From a virus, in the IMG/VR virus record IMGVR_UViG_3300037760_000179, positions 1 through 64,000 of that record: DNA of 64,000 nucleotides. One strand, 5' to 3'. The notes beneath the pieces are model-generated. The model saw nothing but the letters and a program-made list of their open reading frames with translations, was not told the origin of the DNA and searched no databases. Position 1 is the first letter of the stretch. Every line of letters begins with the position of its first letter. Position numbers and translations under genes: made by a program. Below, piece by piece: positions 35,411 to 47,000 of the stretch.

Positions 35411-38400
35411 CTAGTTCTCCTCCGTGTTGGCGCCGGTCAGGGCCGGCAGCTTGCTGAAGATCCGCTCGTCCTCGTCGGCCTCGGCAGCGGCCACGTCCTG
35501 CGGCTCACCCACCTTGCCCTTCGGCTCGACCGGAACGACCAGACCCGGCTCCAGGCTGGCCAGCACCTCGCGGGCGCCGTCCGGGTCGGCCTCCCACGCC
35601 TTGGCCCAGTGGTCCCGGCGGGCGGGGGCGATACGCCCGTCGCCGACCGCGGCCTCGATGATGCGGTCCCGGTCCTCGACCCGCTGCCGCTCGGCGGCCT
35701 GCGCGCCCAGTTCGGCCTTGGACCGCAGGTCCTCCAGGGTGGCCGCCTCGATGGTGACCACCCCCTCGGGCAGGCTGGCCGCGACATTGGCCGGCTCCGG
35801 CGGCTGCTCGGCCTTGTCCGCCAGGGCGAGCACGGCAGCATTCACCTCGTCCGGGTCCGCGTCTTCGGCCAGGCCGAGCCGCTCCAGCGCCTCATTGCTC
35901 AGAGGCATGTCATCCTCCTCGGTTGATGGGTTTCCCGGCTCGGCGGCCGGCGTCTTGGTGTGCGGGTCTGCTGCGGAAGCCTGGGTCGTCCGGTCGAAGT
36001 CGAGCGACTCGAACTTCGCCACCGATGCCGCCAGCCGCAGCACCTCGTCGATCGGCCGGTCTACGACCAGCCCGGTGACGGTCATGTCCGGGCGTGCCCC
36101 GGATGCGCGCACCGCGGCGGCACCGGACCACCGGTGGTGCCCGTCGACCACGTACCCGTCGTTGGAAGTAACCAGCAGCCCGCCGGGTAGCCATCCGTCC
36201 TTGGCCATGAACCCGTACAGCTTCCCGGTCTTCGCGCCGGAGATCTCCGACTGCGACGGCTTGAGCGTCGTCGGGTCGATCGTCTCCTGCCAGACTTCGA
36301 CACCCTGCGCACGCAACAGGTCCAGGAACGGCCGCATCTCCTCCTCGTTGGTGCCGAGCTGCGGCATCTTGGACCGGTCGAGGGCGTCGGTCTTGTCGGT
36401 TGCGAACAGGGTGCCGTACCCGCCGACATCCAGGCGGGCGAGGTTGGCGCGTTTGGCTTCGTCGCCGCCGCCGGTCAGCGTCTTCAGGAGCCCATCCAGC
36501 TCGGTGGCGTCAATGGATGCGCCCTCGCCGCGGGCCAGGGCGTCGTAGGCGCCGCGGATGGCCCTGTCGCCACCGCTGGCCTTGCCGCCTGGGCGCCGCT
36601 GGGCGGTCCGCCGGAGCAGCTTCCCGTCCGGGCCGTACCGGCGGCCGTGGGTCATCTGGTTGTGGCTGGCGTGCGCCTCCACATCCGGCCGGGACTCGGC
36701 GGCCGACGCGTACACCATCCGGGACGCGGCCACCCGCTCCGCGTCGTCACCCTGTTCCACGTATTCGACCCGCACCGGCACCGGCGGGCTGAACCGGATC
36801 GCGCCGTCGTCGTCGACGTCGAAGTCGACCCGCGCCACGGTGCCGTCGCCGTCGTTGGCGACGATCAGCCGCCTCGGCTGGGTATGGAACTCGCGAATCC
36901 ACGCCCGGTCCGGCGCCTGCGCGTAGTAGGCGGTGCGCACATCATCGACCGACACCGCCGCGGCGGCGTGCACCATCGTCGGGTTCGGGTTCGGCAAGGT
37001 CATCTCCCCCTCGGAGGCGTCCACAGTCCGCCCGTCGTCGTCTTCGTCGTCCGGGTCCGGGTCAACGGCCGGGATGCCGGTGGCGGGCCTGTCGAAGCTG
37101 ACGGTGGCAAACCAGCCGGCCAGGAGCTGCTTCTCTTCGGCCCGGCCGACCGCAGCGTCCTCGCCTGCAACGGCGGCAGCGGCGACCCACGCCGGGTCAC
37201 GCACCCAGCCGGCAAACACCGTCGGATTGATATAGCTCGATAGAGCCAGGGTGGGGGTGTTGCCAAGCGCGGCAGAGACCTTCTCGGCCACCTCGCGGCG
37301 GCGCTGCTGAAACTCCCGCTTCGTCTTCGGCACGCTCCGCCGCTTCGCCACCTCCCGCAACGCGACCATGTTGGCGTGCACCGTGCGGAGATCCTTGAGC
37401 AGGAACCCCGCTGGCACACCGGTGGAGTGCATGTAGTCGCGGGTGTGGGCCTCGGTGGTGTCGAGCAGCCGGTCGTCACCTGTCCGGGTGGACAACCGCC
37501 GCGACAACGCGGAGACGATCACCGGGTCGGCGGTCTCCAGCTGGATGTGGACACCCTTCTTGCCGATGAAGTCGAACCGGGCGGTGCCGCCCTCGACGGT
37601 GACGTGCCGGGCCAGCAGCGTGGTCGCCCCGTACGCCTGCTGCGACGCGCCGGTGTCGCGGGTCGACCCCGGCCGCATCCCGAGCCGTCGGATCAGCAGC
37701 AACGCCGCAGCGTCGTCGTTCGTCGCCGCGTCGCGTTCCACCGCATGGTCCAGCTTGTCCAGGTGCTCGTTCAGCTCCCGCACCCGCTGAAACTTGGCCG
37801 CCGCCTGCCCCTGCGTGTGCGCGGTCGAGTAGATCGCCTGCCGGCGGCCCTTGCCGTCGCGGCCGGTCACCAGCAGCGGCGCGTTGTCGAGGTCGTCGGC
37901 GAGGTGAACGTCGGTCCACGCCGGGGGGATGGACTTGCCGAACCGCTCCCGGAAGCTGCCGATCTCATCCGGTGTGGCCGGGTGCATCAGATCGACCCAC
38001 CGGCCGTCGCGGGGGTCACGCGGCTGGTCCGGGTCGAACGCGGCTACGTCACCCGCCGCGGACACCTTGCCCACGTTGCGCCGGTCACCGGGATAGACGC
38101 CTGTAAACTGCTTGTGGTAGACGCTGCACAGACCCTTCGGGTCCCGGACATACTTCCGGAGCTGCCGTACGCACCGCGTCCAGTCCCCGGGAGTGTTCCA
38201 CCGGATCTTCAGGCCGCCTTTGCCGGCGGGGCTCCAGTACCGCCGCAGCGGCGCGTCGGAGCGGGTGATCCGGCGGGACTGCTGCGCCTGCACCTCGACG
38301 GCCGGGGCTGGCATATCGTCGTCGGTCAGACCATCCACGTCCAGGTCCGAGCCCTCACCGGAAAGCGGGGTGTCGACGTTCTCGCCAGCGAACGCGACCC

Positions 38401-40759
38401 TGATCCGGTCCATCCTGACCGGCCCGGCCCGGTCGGCGAGGTGGGCCACGTTCATCAGGTCGTCGGAGTAGACCAGCGTCAGGTGCGGCCGGTAGGGGGC
38501 GTGCTGTTCCGGCAGGGCCAGCCCGTGCTGCCTGGCGGCCTCGGCAACAGCGGCCTCGGTCATGCCTTGCACGTCTTCGAGCCCGTCGCCGCCCAGCTCC
38601 AGCACGATCGCCGTGTCCTTGTCGGCCCGGTGCGGGTTGAACGCGGCCAGAGCCATGCCGTCGACCTCGCCCGGTGGGATCACCTCGGCCAGGTCCCGGA
38701 CGGCCTCGACGATCGCCTGCCGCGCGTCGGGCGGGTAGGCGTCGGCGTCACCGAGGAACAGCAGCGTCACGTGCAACTGGTCCTGGTCTTCGCCGCCGTC
38801 GGTGGCCAGCCGTTCGGCGTCGGCGGGTGACGGGAGCAGGGCAACCATCGCCCCCGACTTCACGTCGGACGCGGCAGCAACCTGCACCAGCGGGGGTGCC
38901 CCGCTGCCCGACCCGGCCGCCACCGTGACGCCCCGGGAGGTCGACCGGCGGACGGAGGAGAAGTAGAACAGGTCGGCAGCCTCGGCGACCTCCTCGACGT
39001 TGTCGAAGGCGCGGGGCAGAGGATGGTTCAGCGTGTTCGGCCACGACATTGACCAGCCGCCAACCTCGGCGCGCATCGTCAAGGCCGAGGGCGGTCCACC
39101 AGGCTCGCCGGGTGGGCCGTCGCGGGACACGACCACCGCACCGCCGGGCAGGTCCACCCGCAACGCGGTCAGGTCCGCCTCCGGGTCGGCAGTCTGGCCG
39201 AACTCGTCGAAACCCTCGTCGACGATGTTGATCGCGTAGCCGATGCGCTGCCAGTCGGCGAAGCTGTACCGCAGGTCCACCTGCCCGCCGTCGGGGGTGG
39301 GGGCACGCAGCCCCACCTGGTTGCCGTCGAGGAACACGTCCACCGGTCCGGAGGCGGTGTCGGCGCGGCCAGCGGCCGACAGCAGCACCACCGTGTCGGC
39401 GAGCTGCCGGGCCTCGCCCCGGGTCAGCCGGTGGGTGGTGTCGTCGGCGAGCAGCTCCAGCTGCCAGCCGTCGCCGTCGGGGGTGATCTGCGCGAACCCG
39501 GTCGGCGGGCTGGTGCCGGGGGTGTAGGTGGCGGCGGACACCGTGCCGTCGATTTCTTGCGGTCGCAGGTTCAGCAGCCGGCTCAGCTTCCCCGTCGCCT
39601 CCGCGTCCAGCGCCCCGGACGAGTTGGACCCGTAGGACAGGTGAACACCGTCTGGGCGGGCGTCCACGGTCAACGCCCCGGCGGCGGTTTCCAGGACGGT
39701 CGACAGGATGCTGCCAGCCGGTCCGTCGGTCCACCGGCCGTCGCGGGGGTCACGCGGCTGGTCCGGGTCGAACGCGGCTACCGCCGTACCGGCCAGGGCG
39801 GCGAACACCGGGCCGAGTACCTCGTCCACCACCCGCTGCAACGCGTCCCGCACCGGCTCCACGTCGTCCGGGTCCAGCTGGATCTCGGCCTGCTCCTCGT
39901 CACCTTCCCAGCCGATGGTGACCAGCCCGTTGCCGTACAACGCCAGCTCGACTTCGCTCCTCAGGCCCACCGAGTAGATCAGGGTGTTGGATGCGGCGTT
40001 GTCGGGGATGTCCACGTCGAGCAGGTCGTCCAGCCCGTCGACCAGCTCCTGCGTCTCGTCGGTGGTGAGGGTGGTTCCGACGGTTCCGGCGGCGCCGAAG
40101 GTCAGGTCCACGTCGCCGACGTCGTCGGCGCGCAGGTGCAGGTCTCCGGAGGACGTTTCCAAGGTGACGCGTGGCAGGCCGGGACCGCCGCGGCCGCGGT
40201 TGCCGTGGGTCTGCTGGTTGTGCCCGCCGCGCAGGTGCGCCACCACGGCGGTGCCGGCGTCAGCCTGGACCCCGTACAGGGCACCCACATCCTGCAACGA
40301 CTTGAGGGTGCCCACCCCGGGTGGGGTCACGCCGAGCAGCGCCACCGCGGTCAGCACGAACGGGTGGGTGTGGCCGATCTGGCAGCGGTGGTCGTAGGAG
40401 CCCTCCACGGACCGGTCCGGGTAGGCCGATGCGGCGATGTCACCCAACCAGCCGGGCATGCCCACGAAGTCGCCGACGAGGGTGTGGCCCTGGTTCGTCA
40501 GGGCCAGGTTGTCAACCCAGCCGACGGCGGGGACACCGGTCGGGTTGCCGGCCCACAGCGGCGTCTCACCGCGGGAGTGGCCCAGCTTCAGCACCGGCCG
40601 GCGGACGGCAGGGCACTTCAGCGCGGCGGCTGCGGCTACCAGGTCGTCACGGGAGGCGGTCCACTGCCCGGTGCTGATCTTCCACTGGCCGGTGTGGACC
40701 AGCTCGACCCGGTTCAGCCGGGCCAGCGGCGGGGCGGTGGGCACGGCGATCTCGACCAC
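35411..40759 (-). CDS. Prohead protease/scaffold polyprotein with 2H phosphoesterase, topoisomerase IB and ParB-like modules
   Basis: N-terminal Mu gpI-like protease (LKLGH, PAVGWV, YPDRSVE, LTAVALLG..PPGV); HVT/HLT motifs; TopIB motifs; DGHHRW; C-terminal scaffold AVGDGRIAPARRDHW. Confidence 0.85.
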   Translation of the reverse strand: MVEIAVPTAPPLARLNRVELVHTGQWKISTGQWTASRDDLVAAAAALKCPAVRRPVLKLGHSRGETPLWAGNPTGVPAVGWVDNLALTNQGHTLVGDFVGMPGWLGDIAASAYPDRSVEGSYDHRCQIGHTHPFVLTAVALLGVTPPGVGTLKSLQDVGALYGVQADAGTAVVAHLRGGHNQQTHGNRGRGGPGLPRVTLETSSGDLHLRADDVGDVDLTFGAAGTVGTTLTTDETQELVDGLDDLLDVDIPDNAASNTLIYSVGLRSEVELALYGNGLVTIGWEGDEEQAEIQLDPDDVEPVRDALQRVVDEVLGPVFAALAGTAVAAFDPDQPRDPRDGRWTDGPAGSILSTVLETAAGALTVDARPDGVHLSYGSNSSGALDAEATGKLSRLLNLRPQEIDGTVSAATYTPGTSPPTGFAQITPDGDGWQLELLADDTTHRLTRGEARQLADTVVLLSAAGRADTASGPVDVFLDGNQVGLRAPTPDGGQVDLRYSFADWQRIGYAINIVDEGFDEFGQTADPEADLTALRVDLPGGAVVVSRDGPPGEPGGPPSALTMRAEVGGWSMSWPNTLNHPLPRAFDNVEEVAEAADLFYFSSVRRSTSRGVTVAAGSGSGAPPLVQVAAASDVKSGAMVALLPSPADAERLATDGGEDQDQLHVTLLFLGDADAYPPDARQAIVEAVRDLAEVIPPGEVDGMALAAFNPHRADKDTAIVLELGGDGLEDVQGMTEAAVAEAARQHGLALPEQHAPYRPHLTLVYSDDLMNVAHLADRAGPVRMDRIRVAFAGENVDTPLSGEGSDLDVDGLTDDDMPAPAVEVQAQQSRRITRSDAPLRRYWSPAGKGGLKIRWNTPGDWTRCVRQLRKYVRDPKGLCSVYHKQFTGVYPGDRRNVGKVSAAGDVAAFDPDQPRDPRDGRWVDLMHPATPDEIGSFRERFGKSIPPAWTDVHLADDLDNAPLLVTGRDGKGRRQAIYSTAHTQGQAAAKFQRVRELNEHLDKLDHAVERDAATNDDAAALLLIRRLGMRPGSTRDTGASQQAYGATTLLARHVTVEGGTARFDFIGKKGVHIQLETADPVIVSALSRRLSTRTGDDRLLDTTEAHTRDYMHSTGVPAGFLLKDLRTVHANMVALREVAKRRSVPKTKREFQQRRREVAEKVSAALGNTPTLALSSYINPTVFAGWVRDPAWVAAAAVAGEDAAVGRAEEKQLLAGWFATVSFDRPATGIPAVDPDPDDEDDDGRTVDASEGEMTLPNPNPTMVHAAAAVSVDDVRTAYYAQAPDRAWIREFHTQPRRLIVANDGDGTVARVDFDVDDDGAIRFSPPVPVRVEYVEQGDDAERVAASRMVYASAAESRPDVEAHASHNQMTHGRRYGPDGKLLRRTAQRRPGGKASGGDRAIRGAYDALARGEGASIDATELDGLLKTLTGGGDEAKRANLARLDVGGYGTLFATDKTDALDRSKMPQLGTNEEEMRPFLDLLRAQGVEVWQETIDPTTLKPSQSEISGAKTGKLYGFMAKDGWLPGGLLVTSNDGYVVDGHHRWSGAAAVRASGARPDMTVTGLVVDRPIDEVLRLAASVAKFESLDFDRTTQASAADPHTKTPAAEPGNPSTEEDDMPLSNEALERLGLAEDADPDEVNAAVLALADKAEQPPEPANVAASLPEGVVTIEAATLEDLRSKAELGAQAAERQRVEDRDRIIEAAVGDGRIAPARRDHWAKAWEADPDGAREVLASLEPGLVVPVEPKGKVGEPQDVAAAEADEDERIFSKLPALTGANTEEN
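37997..38047. repeat. 51-bp exact direct repeat, copy 1
   Basis: Identical to 39731-39781; encodes VAAFDPDQPRDPRDGRW on the minus strand. Confidence 0.9.
39731..39781. repeat. 51-bp exact direct repeat, copy 2
   Basis: Identical to 37997-38047. Confidence 0.9.
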
Positions 40760-40831
40760 AAGGCACCTCCAGGGGGGAGAGCGTGCCCGTAGGCGAAACC
40801 TACTGTGGGACGAAACGCAGCGGGCCGACCG

Positions 40832-41008
40832 TCAGCGGGCCGACTCCAGCGGCTCCCGATCCTCCGGGTCGTCCACCACAACCTTCTTCCACCCGACCTC
40901 AGGACCGAACCAGGTCAGTCCCGGCTCCGGCGGCGGCCCCGGAGGGGGCGAGGAGAGGTCAACCTTCTTGGCGTTCGGGTCCCTGCGGAACTCTCGGTTG
41001 GTGGCCAT
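40832..41008 (-). CDS. Small hypothetical protein
   Basis: RBS GAGGAGG; MATNREFRRDPNAKKVDL. Confidence 0.5.
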   Translation of the reverse strand: MATNREFRRDPNAKKVDLSSPPPGPPPEPGLTWFGPEVGWKKVVVDDPEDREPLESAR

Positions 41009-41061
41009 CTGACCTCCTCTTTCATCTCCCATTGTACCCCTGGGAGCGGGTCGGCGCAGGC

Positions 41062-44000
41062 TCAGGTTCCCCTGCTGGCAAAGGCGTCGAGCACATCCGC
41101 GAGGCTGCTGGCGACGTCCGCCGCCTCCCGCGAGCCGTACGGGTTGCGCTGCTTGTCCCGCACCTCGTCAACGATCGCACGCAGTTTCGCCGACGCTGCG
41201 GCGAAGTCACCGGTTGCGTCGCCCTCGGCCAGGATCTGTTCGATCCGGGGCAGGTCAACCGAGTACCGGATCCGGTCGAAGTCTCTCTGGAACCGGCTGC
41301 GCACCCCGTCGAGCGGCTGCGGGACCCGCTGCCGGTAGTCATTCTCCAGCCGCCGGGCGGCGGACAGAGCGAACCGTCGCGCCTCGTAGCCGTTGTCCCT
41401 GGCCTCGGTCAGTCCGTACTCGCGTAGCCGTGCGGCGGTAGCCAGATCACGGTCCGGGTCGCTGCCGGCCCGCAGCATTTCGATGATCTCGTCTCGGTGC
41501 TGCGGGTCCAACCCAACCAGGGACATAGCGCCGAGCCCGTCGCCCCGGTACTGGCCCTGTAGCAGCGGCTCCCGCAGCCTTTCGGGCACACTGCGGTCGA
41601 CTTTCGCCTTGACCGCGAGCATGTTCCACGTACCGCTCCGGTCCAGACCGGGAGTCTGCGCACGCAGCATGCCGACCACCTCGCCGACACCAGCCCCATC
41701 GGCCCTGCGCCACTCGGCCAGGTCGATGCCGGTGTTCCACGGGATGCCCGCCCCCTCGACGGCCTCGGCGAACGCTCTGGCTTCCTTCTGGGTGCGGAAA
41801 CCGCTCAGAACTGGAGCGTTGCGCATGACACGCGGGACAACGATGTCGTAGCCGCTTCTACCCTTCATCACCAGCAGTTGGCCGCTCGGGGACAGCAAGC
41901 CCCACTTGGCCCCGGCGTCATCCGGAATCCGGTCCGCGAGCGCCTCGTCGGCCTCTAGCCACGCGGTCAACTCGCCGAGCCCCTGGAATCCCTCACCGGA
42001 GTCCAGCCGGGTCTTGATGTCGGCAAGTTCGGCGGCCTTCCTCGCCGCCGCCTTCTCCGCCGGATCCGTGGGCTCCGGCGTCTCGCCCCGCCGGGCCAGT
42101 TCCTGTTTGAGGTTCCGGTCGACCCGCATGAAGCGTTCCTGCGCCTGCTCCAGGGCGTCCTGGTCGCGGAACGGCCGACCCACCCGGGCGCGCAGTGCCT
42201 CAATGTCCTGGCGGGCCTCGCGGGTTCTGGCGACGTGGCGGGTGAGGGTCCTCTCCATGCGGCCGAGGGCGTTCTGAAGATCGCCGATGACGTCGGTCGA
42301 GTTGAGGTCGCCGCGGCGAACACTGACGGACCCGGGTACGCCGACCAGCTCGACGCTGAAGCCGGTTTCTGTCCGGCCGGCCCGCAGCGGGAACCCCCGA
42401 AACTCTCCGATCACGGTGGGCGCGTCGCGTGCTGTCCGGATCTGCTTGCGCAGCTGCTGCTGCGCCTCGGTCCGGTCCCGGTAGTCGGTGCCGCCGAGGG
42501 ATATCTTGAACCTCTTGCCATCGACACGCTTGGGAAGCGCTTCGTTGATCTGGGCGATGGCCTGTTCGGACCGGGCGACGTCGGCCTCACCGTCGGTGAT
42601 CCGCTTAGCGATGTTGCGCTGGTCAGCCTCGTGGTTACGCCGCGCCCGCTGCAACCGCGTCAGATCGGCGCTGGCGTCGGCGTGCTCGATCAGCCACCGG
42701 TTGCCGGTCCCGAGGGCGGTGACTTCCTGCGCGGTCAGCGCGAACTCGCCGACATCGTCCACCTCGCGCACATCCAGCCGGCCCCGCATGACCTGGTTGA
42801 TGAACGTGCTCTTGGTCGTGATCGCCTGCCAGATGTACGCGTCGAACGACTGCTCGGTCACGTACCGGATGACCTCTACTTCGGGGTTCTTGTTGCCCTG
42901 CCTGACGATGCGGCCGTCGCGCTGCTGCACGTCGACCGGCCGCCACGGCGCGTCCACATGGTGCAGCGCAACCGCCCGGTCCTGCACGTTGGTCCCGACG
43001 CCCATCTTGGCAGTGCTGCCGACCAGAACAGCCACCCGGCCGTCTCGGGCAGCGGCGAACAACTCGGCCTTCTCCTGGTCGGTGTTCGCCTCGTGGATGA
43101 ACCGGACCCTGTTGCGGGGGACGCCCCGCTCGACCAGCTTGTCCCGCAGCGCCTCGTAGGCGACGAAGTCGGCCAGGCCGCTACCAGCCTCGTCCTGGTC
43201 GGACCCGCTGGTCTTCTTCCTCTTGCCGCCGGGGGTGCCGATGTCGCTGAACACCAGTTGCAGCGCACCCGGGACGCCGACGGGGTTGCCGGCTCGGTCG
43301 GTGTACACCGCATCCTTGTTCTTCTCGTAGATGGCCGCGATCTTGCCGGCGGCGACGTCCAGCTTCGTCGGCTCGGCGGTGTCGCGTCCCACCATCTGAA
43401 GGTCCAGCGCGGCGGCCCGCCCCTCGCCGGTGATCTTCAGCATGTTGTCGCCGCCCTTTTCGGGCGGGTACGGAATCGTCTTGGCGCGGGCGACCAGCTG
43501 CTCCATGAAGTCCAGCAGTTCCTGGCTGGGCGGCACCACCACGGTCTCCGGCGCCCGGGTACGGTTGCCGTCGGCGTCGACCCGCTCCACCAGGTCGGGA
43601 GTCTTGACGATGTCCTTCAGGTCATCGGCGGTCTTCACGTCGGAGGCGACCAGCCACGGCCGCAGGAACTCCGGCAGGTTCACGAACTTCGCGAACCGGG
43701 AGTGCTGCCGCAGCCCGCCGGTCGGCGCGACCTCCAGCCTGGTGGTCATCTCGCCGAAGTTCGCCGCCCACTCGTCGAATGTCTCGACGCCCATGTCCTC
43801 AAGCAGGTCCGGACGCAGGTAACGCATCATCGTGTACGCCTCGGACACCGAGTTGGCGATCGGTGTCGCGGTGGCCAGCGTCGCCACCCGGTCGTTACGC
43901 GAACGCAGGTGGTGCAGCTTCATGTGCAGATCGGTGGCGATCTGACTGCCGGGAATGCCCAGGCCCTGAATGCCCGACGGGGTACGGAGGTTCTTGTAGG

Positions 44001-47000
44001 TGTGGGCCTCGTCCATGAACAGGTAGTCGATGCCGGTGCTCTCGAACGTCAGCCCCGGGTCCCGGTCGGTGCTGCCGACCTGGTCCTTGATGCGCTGCTC
44101 GGCCTTCTCGACCTGCCCCTCAAGCTCCTTGACGGTCGGGTCGTTGTCCAGCGCCTCCCCTACCAGCTTCCGAAGCGCCTCGTCGCTGGCGCCTTCGTTG
44201 TCGGCGCGGACCCTCTCCACCACCTGGGCGCGGCGCCTGGCGGCCGACCGCCGCAGCGGCTCAACCTCCCCCGCCAGGTAGTCCCGCTCGGTCTCGCTGG
44301 ACACCGGAATCCGCTTGAACGCGCCCTGGGTGAGGATCACCGCGTCCCAGTCGCCGGTGGCTGCCTTGGCGACGATCTCGCGCCGCTTCTCGCCGCCCTT
44401 GTCGCCCTTCAGGTCGTCGGACCCGATCGCGAGCACACGCGCCTGCGGGTAGCGCTCCAGGAACTCGCTGGTCATCTGCTCCAGCATGTGGTTGGGCACG
44501 ACGATGGCGGGCTTGCGCACCAGACCCAACCGGCGCATCTCCATCGCACCGATGACCATGGTGGTGGTCTTGCCGGACCCGACCTCGTGCCACAGGCCAA
44601 CCGAGGGCTCGGCGATGATCCGCCGGACAGCCGCGCTGCGGTGCGGGAAGGCGTAGAAGCCGTCCCGGTTCAACCCTGGCAACTCCAGGTCCGAACCGTC
44701 GTACGAACGCAGCACCAACGAGTTGAACCGGCGGTTGTACGTGTCCTGAAGGTCCCTCTGCCGGGTGGGGTCTTCCCACAGCCACTCGGCGAAGCGGTCT
44801 GCCATCTCCTGGGCCTTCGCCTGCGCCTGCTCGGTCTTGTCCCGGTTGAGCTTGCCGTCCTCGGTGACCCGGATCGGCTTCTGCCCCAGGATGTCCTCGG
44901 CGATGTCGACGCCGGACATCTCCCGGATGCCCCACTCGGTGGTCGCGGCGGTGCTCCGCTTGCGGTCCGACCTGACCTTCCAGGCGTTCGCGTGCGGACG
45001 CTCAACGGTCAGCGTCGGGTCCCGCAGGATCTCCCGCAGGAACTGCTGCACGTACGCCGGTTCGATCCACCCGGCGCCCATCTTGGCGTTGATGTCAACC
45101 GGGGTCAGGTCCGGCGGCAGGACCCGCTCCAACGCCTCCACGTTCGGCGCGAACGCGTCCGGGTCCTCGGCCGCAGCCAGGCGGGCCACGTCGAGCTTCT
45201 GCCGCACGTTGCCTGACAGGTACTCGGCCGCCGGTGCGAGCCGGCCGCTACCTGGCTCGTCGAAGACCAACGTACCGAGACGGTCCCGGGCGGTCGGCTC
45301 GTCGACGTCGAGCAGGTCAGCGATGTGGGCCAGGTCGACCTCGCCGAGCTGGTCCACGGTGATCGCCAGCGCGTCTGCGGCGCTTTCCGCGCTGGTCCTG
45401 GGGGTGCGGGGGGCGATCGTGCGACGGTGGAAGATGTCGGTCTTGGTGGCGTTGCCCGTGAGCGGGTCGTAGTTCTCCAGGGCGCGCACCGCGGCCGAGA
45501 ACGGGTCGCTGCGGAATCCGCCCTGCGGTGGGCGGGTGCGGGTGACCCGCTGCTCCTCAACGTCGTCCTCGTCCTCGCCGCCCTTCGGGGCGCGCCGCTT
45601 CTCCGTGAAGCGGCTGACCGGCCCCCACTTGGCGACGTAGCCGTCGTAGATCTCGTTGAGGTCTTCGCGGAGCCGCTTCATCTGCTCGGTGTCGTCGCCG
45701 CTGGAAGCCTCGGCGTTGACCAGGTCGATGCTGGTGTCGCGCAGCCGCAACAGCTCCCGCAGCTCCTCCCGCTGTGTCGCGGGAACCTCGTGCGGCTGCT
45801 CCACCCCGCGGGTGACACGGCTGAAGGTGCCGTCCGGGAGGGCACGCAGGAACCCCTCGGGCACACGGTCCGGCCCGGTTTCGGCGAACGCGGGACGCGG
45901 GCGCTGCCCGGGGGTCTGGGTCAGCCCCATCGCCTGAGCCCGTGAGACGACCTTGTCCAGCGCCTCCCTCAGCGCCGGCCCAGCGTCCGCGTCGCCGCGA
46001 ACACCGAAGGCATCCTTTGGTCCGCTGCCCATGACCATCGTCCCGAGCACCATGTCGGGGTTGTCGAGGAAGTGCCCGTTGACCGACACTTCCCGGTCGT
46101 CGTCGCCGATGGTGATCTTCCGGGCAGCCTGGAACGGCAGCCCGGCATACGGCGTGTCGGGCTCGCGGCGGCGGAACACCAGCAGGTCGGTCACCACCGC
46201 CGTGCCGGCCGCCTTCTCGTGCGCCCGCGACGGCAGCCGCACCGCCCCGACGAGGTCAGCCAGTTCGGCCATTTCCTCCCGCGCGGCCGGGCTCATCGAG
46301 TCCATCGTGTACCGGGAGGTGATGAACGCCCCGATCCCGCCCGGGCGGGTCATCCGCAGCGACTTGAGGATGAAGTGGTTGTGCATGTTGTGACGGCGGC
46401 CCGGGTTGTACTCCGGGTCAACCAGCTTGGTGTCGGAGAACGGCACGTTGCCGATGGCGGCATCGAAGGCACCGTCGCGCGTCTTGGTGTCAGTGAACGA
46501 CTCTGCCCGCACGTCCGCGTTCGGGTACAGGGCGGCCGCGATCGAGGCGGTGATCGGGTCCAGTTCCACCCCGGTCACGTGGGTGTCGGGTGCGACGTCC
46601 TCCGGCACCATCCCCATGAACGTGCCCGACCCGCTGCCCGGCTCCAGCACCTCGCCGCCGTGGAAACCGAGGCCTCGCACGGCGTCCCAAATCGCGGCGA
46701 CGTAGTCCGCGTCGGTGTAGTGCCCGGTGCGGGTCGTTCGCCGCGCCGCCGCGAACTCCTCCGGCGTGAGCAGGTCCTTCAGCTCGGCCTGCGCGTCGGC
46801 GAACCTGCCACGCGGGGGTGGCTCCTTGAACACGTTGGGCAGCGAACCCCACCCGGACCAGCGGGCCAGTTTCGCCTGGTCCTCAGCCGACGCCGGCCGG
46901 CCGGATTCTTGCAGGTCCCGCAGGGTCCGCAGCGCCACAAGGTTGGCGTCCAGCCGCTTGGTCGCCGTGTTCGGCGCGAGGTCGGCCTGACTGCGCGGGC

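Noticed and set aside
37997-39781. Diversity-generating retroelement TR/VR pair
   Set aside because: The copies are identical with no adenine-specific mismatches, and no reverse transcriptase is visible in the window.
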